Virus record (IMG/VR): IMGVR_UViG_3300010356_002141
DNA from: a virus
Strand: one strand, 5' to 3'
Length of the DNA stretch: 38,912 nucleotides
Shown here piece after piece: positions 18,859-26,019 of the stretch. Under the pieces are notes generated by a model that did not search any database, was not told the origin of the DNA, and worked only from the letters and a program-made list of their open reading frames with translations. Made by a program: the position numbers and the translations under genes. How positions within the stretch are numbered: position 1 is the first letter of the stretch; each line of letters begins with the position of its first letter.

Positions 18859-19776
18859 TCACTTAATTAAAAATACTCTTGATTGCTTTGCGACATTGGC
18901 ATATTTCAAATACATTTCCTTTGCCTCTTCCTTGAACCTTTTAAGATCAAAGCATGACCTTGGAGCTGTATTTTTCCATGTAGCTATCACATTGCCGTTA
19001 TTATCTATAAGTACGTCGTAATCTCTCATAAACTCTTGAATCTCAACCTTTAACTTTTCAATAGTTTTTTGTATTTGTTCTTCTGACATTTTTGCTATTT
19101 TTAATTCTTCAAGTTTGGCAATTATATCATCTTGAGCTAATATTTCCTTATTATTGCTTTGCGGGAATAAATTAAACGTATCTCTAGTAGTAATACATTT
19201 AGGCGGTATCCTTTTTTCTATATGGTTATGCCAGAAATTAACGCCTATTTTGACTATTTTACCCTCTAAATCTTTATTCTTATTATAAGTGTATATTCTA
19301 AAATCTTGACCACCAATTAAAACTGCTATATCAATTTTACGAGCACCAGAGATTGCGGCATAATGAGCAACTTGCACCAGATATGACTCAGGGATTTGGT
19401 CAGTCCCTAAGTCTCCCCATTCTTTAGCCTTGGTAAAACCAGCTGTCTTACATTCTAAAATATGTGTTCCATTATTTACCCATCGATCAACCCAGCGATC
19501 AATATTAGCTCCTAAAAATTTATGTTCAGGGTGGTATATTGTATTTGGCTCTATTTCAATATCATAACCAGTAATTTGTGCATATTCCTTGGCAACAACA
19601 TCCTCTAAAAGAGTTCCCCACCTCATCGCAGCATTAGTCTCTTCGCTAATATCATCACTAGTTTTATCAAGATATACATCAAGAGCAGTCCTATAAGGAT
19701 TAAGACCGCAAATAGCGGCTAAATCAGTGCCACCCAAGTAATTCTTACGCTCTCTTAACCATTCTTGCTTGTTCAT
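18859..19776 (-). CDS. YqaJ-like (lambda Exo-type) recombination exonuclease
   Basis: N-terminus EWLRERKNYLGGTDLAAICGLNPYRTALDVY is typical of the YqaJ viral recombinase family. Confidence 0.85.
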   Translation of the reverse strand: MNKQEWLRERKNYLGGTDLAAICGLNPYRTALDVYLDKTSDDISEETNAAMRWGTLLEDVVAKEYAQITGYDIEIEPNTIYHPEHKFLGANIDRWVDRWVNNGTHILECKTAGFTKAKEWGDLGTDQIPESYLVQVAHYAAISGARKIDIAVLIGGQDFRIYTYNKNKDLEGKIVKIGVNFWHNHIEKRIPPKCITTRDTFNLFPQSNNKEILAQDDIIAKLEELKIAKMSEEQIQKTIEKLKVEIQEFMRDYDVLIDNNGNVIATWKNTAPRSCFDLKRFKEEAKEMYLKYANVAKQSRVFLIK

Positions 19777-20423
19777 ACGGCTACTCTTCTTGAATACATA
19801 TAATCGCTATACATAAGGTCTCTGCTCTTGCGCTCACTTTCTTTATAATTTTCTATTTCCTGTTCTAATGCTACTGGGTCATATTCGGATATTTCCCAGT
19901 AAATTCCAAGGTCTTTAGCCTCCTCAAGTAGCATTTCGTACTGGTCTATCTTATAGCTTAGCTCTAAAAAATTAACATTGTAACAATCATAAGGAATGTT
20001 ATATTTATCAGCTCTTGCCATTTGTTCTTTAATAAAAGCTTTTCTAGCTCTAGCTCCAATTCTTGTAAAAGTTTCCTTGGCAGAATCAGATAACTCTACT
20101 TTGTCTTCTTTAGATTCATGGAATTTAGGAATTTCTGAAATATGATCAGGCAACGCTTTCTGGTTATTTCTTTGAAAATAAACTTTGCCAGCTTCCTTTA
20201 ATGCTTCCAGATTAGAAAGCAGTTGCAGAGCCTGTTTAGGCATTATTACTTTATTTGTCATTGATAACTCGCAAGAAGTAGATTTATATGTTATTGTATC
20301 ACACTCCGCATCTTTGTTCAAATTTTTAGCGGTTAAAATATCACGGGCGAGAGCTAATCCTTCTAGTTGTTTTAAAAAAGTCTCTTGCGGTTTGCTGTCA
20401 TTATTTGTAATCTGTAAGCTCAT
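19773..20423 (-). CDS. Hypothetical protein (first gene of the leftward recombination operon)
   Basis: 216 aa, with an SD (ggagg) and an ATGA-type overlap with the exonuclease gene. Confidence 0.7.
   Translation of the reverse strand: MSLQITNNDSKPQETFLKQLEGLALARDILTAKNLNKDAECDTITYKSTSCELSMTNKVIMPKQALQLLSNLEALKEAGKVYFQRNNQKALPDHISEIPKFHESKEDKVELSDSAKETFTRIGARARKAFIKEQMARADKYNIPYDCYNVNFLELSYKIDQYEMLLEEAKDLGIYWEISEYDPVALEQEIENYKESERKSRDLMYSDYMYSRRVAV
20266..20278 (-). promoter_or_regulatory. Motif variant CTTCTTGCGAGTT (core CTTGCGAGT exact), minus strand
   Basis: The plus strand reads aactcgcaagaag. The copy lies inside the 216-aa CDS in sense orientation. Confidence 0.35.
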
Positions 20424-20461
20424 TTTTATTCCTCCGTTTAAAGATGAAGTGTGTTATATTG

Positions 20462-20497
20462 GCTAGCGATTTGTCCTGCGAAAGAAAAATCGCTAGC
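20462..20497. repeat. Perfect 11-bp inverted repeat gctagcgattt / aaatcgctagc with a 14-nt spacer
   Basis: Read directly from the sequence. It lies in the leader of the leftward operon, 39 nt from the ATG at 20423. Confidence 0.8.
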
Positions 20498-20513
20498 TTG
20501 TAACCCACAAATT

Positions 20514-20547
20514 AGAGCTTAGGTTTTACGGCTTAGGCTCTTTTTTT
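20514..20547 (+). terminator. Plus-strand intrinsic-terminator-like hairpin (10-bp stem with two G-U pairs, then 7 T) inside a minus-strand transcription unit
   Basis: Reads agagcttagg-ttttacgg-cttaggctct followed by ttttttt. Confidence 0.4.
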
Positions 20548-20573
20548 ATGCCTTCATGGATTACTTATAAAAG

Positions 20574-20602
20574 AGTATATCTTTAGTAAGTGAATTAGTC
20601 AA
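20574..20602 (-). promoter_or_regulatory. Sigma70-like promoter, TTGACT-17 nt-TATACT (leftward early promoter candidate)
   Basis: The minus strand reads ttgact aattcacttactaaaga tatact. The predicted leader to the ATG at 20423 is about 140 nt. Confidence 0.6.
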
Positions 20603-20760
20603 TATATTTTTTTAAAATATTCTATTTATTTTTACTTTGTTGTAGAAATGTGAGATAAAAATTACGGGTGAGAGTTCTTAATATTATGAGAAATATAGAT
20701 AGGGTAGGGTATAGTAAATAATAATTGATTACTAAAAGAAAGAATGATAGTTTAGTAAAG

Positions 20761-20826
20761 AGGTAAGCGAACGTCTGCTACATGCAGGGTGTCTTTGCGG
20801 TTTACCGACTTGGTCCTAGCTTACCT
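20761..20826 (-). other. 66-nt structured element closed by the 8-bp stem aggtaagc/gcttacct, directly after the stop of the 130-aa gene (terminator or processing site candidate)
   Basis: Inverted repeat read directly; inner hairpin ctgc-tacat-gcag; T-rich sequence follows on the minus strand. Confidence 0.4.
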
Positions 20827-20832
20827 TAACTT

Positions 20833-21225
20833 TTAGCTTGTTTCCTTATTCTTATCAAACAATTTAATCAAATATCTGTAAGCTAATATTAACCATGTCC
20901 ATACTAGACTCATAATAAAGATGTCTTTTAAAAACGGATATGTAGGCCAATATGATATAATTTTACTTGGATTAAAATCACCTTGCGCATCAAATTCTTC
21001 CCAAAAATTATTATCGCTTTTAATTTTAGGTTTTTTATACTTATCAAACTTAGAACAACGAACTCTAATCCCTTCAAACTTATTTTTTCCTATACAAAAC
21101 TCTTCAACTTGGGTTTTTATCTGGTGTATTTGAAATGAGCTAATCAATGTATCAAAAGAGAAAAATACAACTGTAGGGGCAATAATAAAAAAACAGATAA
21201 AATTAAAAATTCTCTTTATTTTCAT
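20833..21225 (-). CDS. Two-TM membrane protein downstream of the repressor-like gene (superinfection-exclusion candidate)
   Basis: 130 aa with N- and C-terminal TM segments. Its central loop carries the NNFWEEFD motif. Confidence 0.45.
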   Translation of the reverse strand: MKIKRIFNFICFFIIAPTVVFFSFDTLISSFQIHQIKTQVEEFCIGKNKFEGIRVRCSKFDKYKKPKIKSDNNFWEEFDAQGDFNPSKIISYWPTYPFLKDIFIMSLVWTWLILAYRYLIKLFDKNKETS

Positions 21226-21226
21226 G

Positions 21227-21553
21227 TTATATTTGAGATTTAATTGTTTTAGTTTTTATATGTAATTCTAAAAGTTCAAACAGCTTTAATTTATTAATCT
21301 CAAATAAATAACAAGAAGAATTTTGAGGTTTTGATTTTATAATCAAGTCTGTTTTTAACATTTTAGTTAGAGAAGGATATACCACTTGTTTTACTAAAGA
21401 AGATGCTTGCACAATACTCTCAGCTGGCACTGGTTTATCAAACATACTAAGTGCTTTTAATATCTTTTTTGGATTCTTAGTCAATAGAGGGTAGTTATCT
21501 ATTGCTTCAAACAAATTTTCCTTATTATCAAAATCAGTCATTTTTCTTGTCAA
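21227..21553 (-). CDS. Winged-helix DNA-binding protein, repressor candidate
   Basis: 108 aa. The segment ILKALSMFDKPVPAESIVQASSLVKQVVYPSLTKMLKTDLIIKS fits a wHTH layout. The gene is transcribed divergently from the rightward early genes. Confidence 0.45.
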   Translation of the reverse strand: MTRKMTDFDNKENLFEAIDNYPLLTKNPKKILKALSMFDKPVPAESIVQASSLVKQVVYPSLTKMLKTDLIIKSKPQNSSCYLFEINKLKLFELLELHIKTKTIKSQI

Positions 21554-21570
21554 CTTTTAATTAGTATTAA

Positions 21571-21598
21571 TATATAATCTTTTTTATAAAAATTTCAA
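21571..21598 (-). promoter_or_regulatory. Leftward promoter candidate, TTGAAA-16 nt-TATATA
   Basis: Read on the minus strand of the 155-bp divergent intergenic region. Confidence 0.4.
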
Positions 21599-21617
21599 GG
21601 AAAATAAAAAATAATCG

Positions 21618-21644
21618 TTGACATGAATAAAATTAGTGTATAAT
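21618..21644 (+). promoter_or_regulatory. Rightward early promoter candidate, TTGACA-15 nt-TATAAT
   Basis: Both hexamers are perfect but the spacer is a short 15 nt. An inverted repeat taactt/aagtta lies in the leader. Confidence 0.5.
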
Positions 21645-21708
21645 TTTATTACATGAGGTAACTTGAAACCCTAAAAGTTATCATTATTTCAATCAAAATT
21701 AAGGTATC

Positions 21709-21954
21709 ATGGCTCTACTTAATACACATGCTACAGTAAAAAAATTTATGCAACATGGCTTTTCTGAAGAACAAGCCGAGGTTGTAGTAGATGCCATAAA
21801 TGACCAAAGCAATCATCTAGTTACTAAACAAGATTTAGCAATTGCCGTTTCTGAATTAAAATCAGACATAGCTGAGTTAAAAACTAATATAAAATGGATT
21901 ATGGCTATTGGTCTATTAATTGTAGGTATTTTGCTAAAAAATACCTTTATTTAA
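21709..21954 (+). CDS. DUF1640-like coiled-coil protein with a C-terminal TM segment
   Basis: GFSEEQAEVVVDAI......LVTKQDL......LKSDIAELK followed by a TM segment is the typical DUF1640 layout. Confidence 0.6.
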   Translation: MALLNTHATVKKFMQHGFSEEQAEVVVDAINDQSNHLVTKQDLAIAVSELKSDIAELKTNIKWIMAIGLLIVGILLKNTFI

Positions 21955-21959
21955 GTATT

Positions 21960-21985
21960 GCGTAGTAAAAACGTTTATGCTACGC
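21960..21985 (+). terminator. Terminator-like hairpin T1 after the first early gene
   Basis: Reads gcgtagta / tgctacgc (8 bp including one G-U pair) followed by tgttgttt. Confidence 0.4.
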
Positions 21986-22057
21986 TGTTGTTTAACAAAG
22001 TTTTGGATATCTGCAAATTAGATTGGTTTGCATTATTATCTGTAAAATTATCCGCTG

Positions 22058-22070
22058 GTTCTTGCGAGAT
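22058..22070 (+). promoter_or_regulatory. Motif variant GTTCTTGCGAGAT (core CTTGCGAG exact)
   Basis: String comparison; lies in the early noncoding region. Confidence 0.4.
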
Positions 22071-22161
22071 TAAAGGGCTCTTAGTGGGTTTGTGTTAGAG
22101 TTTACTTTCCATAATATAGAGTATGGACGTGGCTAGATGGTGTCTCTACTAACAACTTTTG

Positions 22162-22174
22162 AACCTTGCACGTT
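22162..22174 (+). promoter_or_regulatory. Motif variant AACCTTGCACGTT (first 9 nt exact)
   Basis: String comparison; lies about 30 nt upstream of hairpin T2. Confidence 0.45.
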
Positions 22175-22204
22175 TTGAAATTGTTAGCATAGACATAAAA
22201 AAAT

Positions 22205-22228
22205 AACTCCCTGAGAAATCAAGGAGTT
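22205..22228 (+). terminator. Weak terminator-like hairpin T2 (aactcc/ggagtt, 12-nt loop, T-rich tail)
   Basis: Read directly from the sequence. Confidence 0.3.
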
Positions 22229-22312
22229 TATTTATAAAATTTTATTCTTTTAATGTCGGGCAGACTGAGATTGAATAAAAACTAAAAAACACAACACCCA
22301 CAAAAACCCTTT

Positions 22313-22325
22313 AATCTTGCAGACA
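22313..22325 (+). promoter_or_regulatory. Motif variant AATCTTGCAGACA
   Basis: String comparison; lies immediately upstream of hairpin T3. Confidence 0.35.
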
Positions 22326-22330
22326 TCATA

Positions 22331-22352
22331 AAAAAGGAGTAACTCCTTTTTT
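22331..22352 (+). terminator. Strong intrinsic terminator T3 (aaaaaggag-taa-ctccttttt)
   Basis: Perfect stem followed by a T run; an A run upstream makes it potentially bidirectional. Confidence 0.65.
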
Positions 22353-22382
22353 GCATCAATGAGGCGCCTTACTTCGGCGAAG

Positions 22383-22395
22383 AACCTTGCGAGTA
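22383..22395 (+). promoter_or_regulatory. Exact copy of motif AACCTTGCGAGTA
   Basis: Exact string match, 30 nt after T3. It is followed by a deletion-like echo, AACCTTAGTAA, at 22400-22410. Confidence 0.6.
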
Positions 22396-22433
22396 ATTGA
22401 AACCTTAGTAAGACACAAAACTAGGGAACAGAT

Positions 22434-22446
22434 AATCTTGCAATTA
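22434..22446 (+). promoter_or_regulatory. Motif variant AATCTTGCAATTA
   Basis: String comparison; abuts an ATG that opens only a 9-codon ORF. Confidence 0.35.
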
Positions 22447-22526
22447 TGTTTCCTAAGATCATCACTGATACTTAGGACATTACCATTCTTTTTTGCAGCT
22501 GTCAAGACAGTAATTGCAAAAAAATT

Positions 22527-23120
22527 ATGTTGTTCAGTAAAAATATTTTTTCAAAGATCTATTCTTTATTAACAGTTGACGGGGAAAGGTTATTTTACCT
22601 TGCCTTATCTTCTGAAGAAACAGAAGAGGACGGATTTTTCTTTTTTCAATGTGAAGATTGGTCGGAAAAATACGGCATTCCTAAACCCACTATCAAGAGA
22701 TACCTAAAACATTTAGAAGATCAAAAGCTCATTATAAGAGAACTTAGGGGTTTATCTGAAGATAGCTATTATCCCGTCAAACGAGGCGGCCCTCATTCCT
22801 TTATTAAGGTACTTCCTCCAGAGACAGAAAAAGACATGACGTTCTTTGGGAAGTTACATCTCATTGAAACAAATGCTTATAACCATGGAACAGCAACTTT
22901 TAGGGATGTCTATAACATTCAAGACACTATCAGATTTGCATATGCTTTCTGCGAATTAGACGAAAACAACCTTAACTTCCAGGCATTAAAGAACATGGAA
23001 ACTGGCCAACAGGTAGTTTTTAAAGGGTGTGTTAAAAGGAACACAGAGGGCAGACCTTGGATAGTAGATATTTGGAACATCAGACCAGCAGGGGAGTTTT
23101 ATGCAGACAGAAGAAATTAG
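22527..23120 (+). CDS. Early protein with a wHTH-like segment (replication organiser or regulator candidate)
   Basis: 197 aa. WSEKYGIPKPTIKRYLKHLEDQKLIIREL looks like a helix-turn-helix. Confidence 0.4.
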   Translation: MLFSKNIFSKIYSLLTVDGERLFYLALSSEETEEDGFFFFQCEDWSEKYGIPKPTIKRYLKHLEDQKLIIRELRGLSEDSYYPVKRGGPHSFIKVLPPETEKDMTFFGKLHLIETNAYNHGTATFRDVYNIQDTIRFAYAFCELDENNLNFQALKNMETGQQVVFKGCVKRNTEGRPWIVDIWNIRPAGEFYADRRN

Positions 23121-23241
23121 AACGATAGCCAAGAGGTTAAAGCGAATGACCAAGGTAGGGGATCAGGCGTTAATCCACGGAGTTTTCTGGGATGATTTAG
23201 ATACATTATTAAACTTAATTTTAGAGGCAGATAGTGAGTAA
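23101..23241 (+). CDS. Small hypothetical protein (46 aa; not in the ORF track)
   Basis: Hand translation gives MQTEEIRTIAKRLKRMTKVGDQALIHGVFWDDLDTLLNLILEADSE. It has an SD (ggggag) and overlaps both neighbouring genes. Confidence 0.45.
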   Translation: MQTEEIRTIAKRLKRMTKVGDQALIHGVFWDDLDTLLNLILEADSE

Positions 23242-24664
23242 GGCGGCTATTGTACAATTCCCAGAAGTAAAGAAAACTCGTTTATATTATGTTGATAAAA
23301 AGACTAATAGGCAAAAAAGATTATCAGATAATATTTTTAGAGATTTACAATATATAACAAGGACAAATGACCGCAGTAAAAAAATTTCACTTAAAGCAAG
23401 AAATCTGCTTACAAATTTATTGCAGATGATTTTAAAAAATCCTCATAAAGAGGAGTTTGTAGATCATACTTTCCTTTCTCAGATTACCGAAGTTAGTTCA
23501 AGTAAACAGAATGCAAGGTTACTTGATCAAATAAGCGACATCATTGATTTTACATATCATTCACATATTAGATTCCAAGAAAAAATAAGAGCTTATGGAT
23601 ATGTAATAAAATTAACCGAAGATGGCTACGAAAGAGCTAAAAATCCACTAGCTTTTTATAGCAATTTAGACGGACAAAAATGTTCACCTAATCCGACAAA
23701 AATGTCTAGTCAGGTGGACAAAAATGTCCAGATATATAAAGAAAAAGAAAACCCTATAGAAGAAATAAACTCTAGCTACGCTAGAGAGTTTATTTCTGAA
23801 AAAGAAAAAATATATAAAAAAGAAAAACCCGAAAATGAAACACACGCAACTTTTGCTCCTTGCAACCTTGCGGAGCAGGAGCAAGTTGCTTTAACTAGCC
23901 AAGAAGAAAAAGCAATCGAGCTGGAAAGAAAAACCAGAAGCAACGAGCACACAGGAATGTTTGCTATGTCTGACCTGATGAGCAAAGTGCTAAATGAACC
24001 ACAAAAGGAGGAGGAAATACCAGAAATGAAACTGGAAGAAATACCACAACTTACTGACAAGCAGGAAAGAGCAATGCTACTCTCCAAAGCCCTTTACGGG
24101 TCTTTTGGAGAGCAGCGATCAAACGAAATACAGGACGATTACAAGTTCGTAGAAACAGAACCTAAAAAAGTCTGTATTCAAACAAAAGCAATGCTGTTAA
24201 ACGACATTGAAAAAGCTAAAATTCGCAAATGTATTCAGTCCGTTTACGGCGAAGATGTTACGATAGCAATGCAGCTTATTGAAATCAAGTCGCAAGTCCA
24301 AGAAGTTATGCCATCATATCAGAAGCAAAGCTTCCAAACTTTCAAGTCCGCTATTCCTGATTCAAAGCTAATCACTTTGCTAACAAATCCCTTGGTAAAA
24401 GCTGCTGAAAACTCAAGGGGAATCATCATCGAAGCTGCGCCGTTCTTTATCGATCAGCTAACAGAAGCTGGTAACATGGCAGTCCTTGAAGATGCTGTGG
24501 TTAAAACTAGAATAACTCTAGAACTGAACTATAAAGGAACAAGCAGTGAATATGCTAACAATACCAAAAAGCCAATTGTTCTAACCCCTGAGAAAATCCT
24601 TAAGGATAGGGAATGGCTGGAAAATCATAGAAAATCATTACAGGAGAAAAATAATGGAATTTAA
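23234..24664 (+). CDS. Large early protein with a K/E-rich central linker (replication initiator candidate)
   Basis: 476 aa with a GTG start per the track. Called only on position and size in the early operon. Confidence 0.3.
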   Translation: MSKAAIVQFPEVKKTRLYYVDKKTNRQKRLSDNIFRDLQYITRTNDRSKKISLKARNLLTNLLQMILKNPHKEEFVDHTFLSQITEVSSSKQNARLLDQISDIIDFTYHSHIRFQEKIRAYGYVIKLTEDGYERAKNPLAFYSNLDGQKCSPNPTKMSSQVDKNVQIYKEKENPIEEINSSYAREFISEKEKIYKKEKPENETHATFAPCNLAEQEQVALTSQEEKAIELERKTRSNEHTGMFAMSDLMSKVLNEPQKEEEIPEMKLEEIPQLTDKQERAMLLSKALYGSFGEQRSNEIQDDYKFVETEPKKVCIQTKAMLLNDIEKAKIRKCIQSVYGEDVTIAMQLIEIKSQVQEVMPSYQKQSFQTFKSAIPDSKLITLLTNPLVKAAENSRGIIIEAAPFFIDQLTEAGNMAVLEDAVVKTRITLELNYKGTSSEYANNTKKPIVLTPEKILKDREWLENHRKSLQEKNNGI

Positions 24665-24845
24665 AGAAGCCTACAAAAAAGGACTAAAAACTGGCAAAAC
24701 TATAACCAATGGTAGCTACGAATTAAAACTTTTAGAACACGGCTTACAATGCCATATTGTCGACAATAATACTAAAACACCAGATATTATTGGAATTTTA
24801 TTAGACACGTTTGAAGACAACTGGGAAATCATAAGGGAGGAGTAA
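24654..24845 (+). CDS. DUF2829-like small protein (Tad2-like sponge candidate)
   Basis: The N-terminus MEFKEAYKKGLKTGKTI and C-terminus FEDNWEII resemble DUF2829 hallmarks (by eye). Confidence 0.4.
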   Translation: MEFKEAYKKGLKTGKTITNGSYELKLLEHGLQCHIVDNNTKTPDIIGILLDTFEDNWEIIREE

Positions 24846-25115
24846 ATGAGTGAACTAGAAGCTAGAAAATACACGTCAATTCGCAATTTAAGAGAAGAGA
24901 TTAGGCAGGATATGAGAGATTATCAACTCCTATGTAGTGATGATAATAACGGAAATTACTATTTTCCACTTATTAATGAGTTATCTGATCATGATGTTAT
25001 AGGTTTTTCTTTTACTTTAGAAAGTAAATATTGTTGGTTCTATGACCATTTAAAACAAAAGATTAAGGATAATTTAACAAAATTAAGAGAATTAACGGAG
25101 CAAAACAATGAGTAA
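24846..25115 (+). CDS. Hypothetical early protein
   Basis: 89 aa with an SD (gggaggag). Confidence 0.7.
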   Translation: MSELEARKYTSIRNLREEIRQDMRDYQLLCSDDNNGNYYFPLINELSDHDVIGFSFTLESKYCWFYDHLKQKIKDNLTKLRELTEQNNE

Positions 25116-25443
25116 TTTTAGAGCTAAACATGACGAACTTTATTTAGAAGAGATAACAAGTATTTTAAACACAAGCTCTAGAGGTGGTATTGGTGAATTG
25201 GACAAAAAAACAAAAACTTGTGTTTTAAGTATCATAGCTAATCTTAATTTAGAAAACACAGAATTACTTATTAATCTTTTACAATTATTAAAAAACAATA
25301 CAACAGATGATGATTTTAAAAGTATTTGTGCTATTTATTTTGAAGATTACGAGTCAGAAAACTTAAATAAAATAGTTATGAGAGTTTTTAAACCTAATAT
25401 ATGTGATTTAATTTTAGAAAAATATGGGAAAAACAATGAGTAA
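25108..25443 (+). CDS. Hypothetical early protein
   Basis: 111 aa with a coupled junction aaaacaATGAGTAA. Confidence 0.7.
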   Translation: MSNFRAKHDELYLEEITSILNTSSRGGIGELDKKTKTCVLSIIANLNLENTELLINLLQLLKNNTTDDDFKSICAIYFEDYESENLNKIVMRVFKPNICDLILEKYGKNNE

Positions 25444-26017
25444 ATGGAACAACTTTAACGATGCAGAAGAGCAAATGTCATACGAATTAATACCACATAA
25501 AACTATAGCAAAAGTTCGGCTTTTAATTAAAAAGGGAAATTACATTGCAGGAGAGTTTCAAGACGGCTATGCAACCTTAAGTAAAGCAGGAACTAGTATA
25601 TATCTTGCCTGTGAATTTGTAATCTTAAGCGGTAAGTACGAGAATAGGAAAGTCTGGGGCAATATTGGGCTTCATAGCGATAATTCACAGAAATTTGCTG
25701 AAATTGGTAGAAGCATGATCAAATCTATCCTTGATTCTGCTCATGGATTGCATCCAGCGGACAAATCACCAGAAGCAACAAAGTTAAGAAAAATAAAAAG
25801 CTTTGCTGATCTAGATAATCTAGTATGCGTAGCTGAAATCACCATTAACGATAAAGGCGATCAACCACGTAACGAAATCAAAACTATCATTACTCCAGCA
25901 CACTCTAACTATAGTGAGTATATGGATGAGAAAAGCGGAAAAGTTGCAATTAACTATAATGGATTAGCTAATAAACAAACCGATGATGAGTTTGTAAGTG
26001 ATGAGCTACCTTTTTAA
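25424..26017 (+). CDS. SSB-like protein (DUF669 / gp2.5-like) with an acidic C-terminal tail DDEFVSDELPF
   Basis: The YELIPHKT...IYLACEFVILSGKYENRKVW layout resembles DUF669, and the C-terminus mimics the SSB/gp2.5 tail. An alternative start at 25436 uses the same aaaacaATGAGTAA junction. Confidence 0.5.
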   Translation: MGKTMSKWNNFNDAEEQMSYELIPHKTIAKVRLLIKKGNYIAGEFQDGYATLSKAGTSIYLACEFVILSGKYENRKVWGNIGLHSDNSQKFAEIGRSMIKSILDSAHGLHPADKSPEATKLRKIKSFADLDNLVCVAEITINDKGDQPRNEIKTIITPAHSNYSEYMDEKSGKVAINYNGLANKQTDDEFVSDELPF

Positions 26018-26019
26018 TA

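Noticed and set aside
20185-20466. 93-aa plus-strand ORF antisense to the 5' end of the 216-aa gene
   Set aside because: The composition looks like a shadow ORF, so I did not call it a CDS. I do note that a plus-strand terminator-like hairpin lies about 50 nt downstream, so an antisense transcript (not necessarily coding) remains possible.
20761-20826. Possible tRNA gene (closing 7-8-bp stem resembling an acceptor stem)
   Set aside because: Only about 64-66 nt lie between the stem ends. On neither strand is there a T-arm (GTTCRANNC), a D-arm or an anticodon arm of the correct geometry.
22387-22572. 61-aa track ORF spanning the end of the early noncoding region
   Set aside because: It starts at a TTG inside the conserved 13-nt motif, has no SD, has odd composition, and overlaps the better-supported start at 22527. 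The region is better explained as regulatory RNA or DNA.
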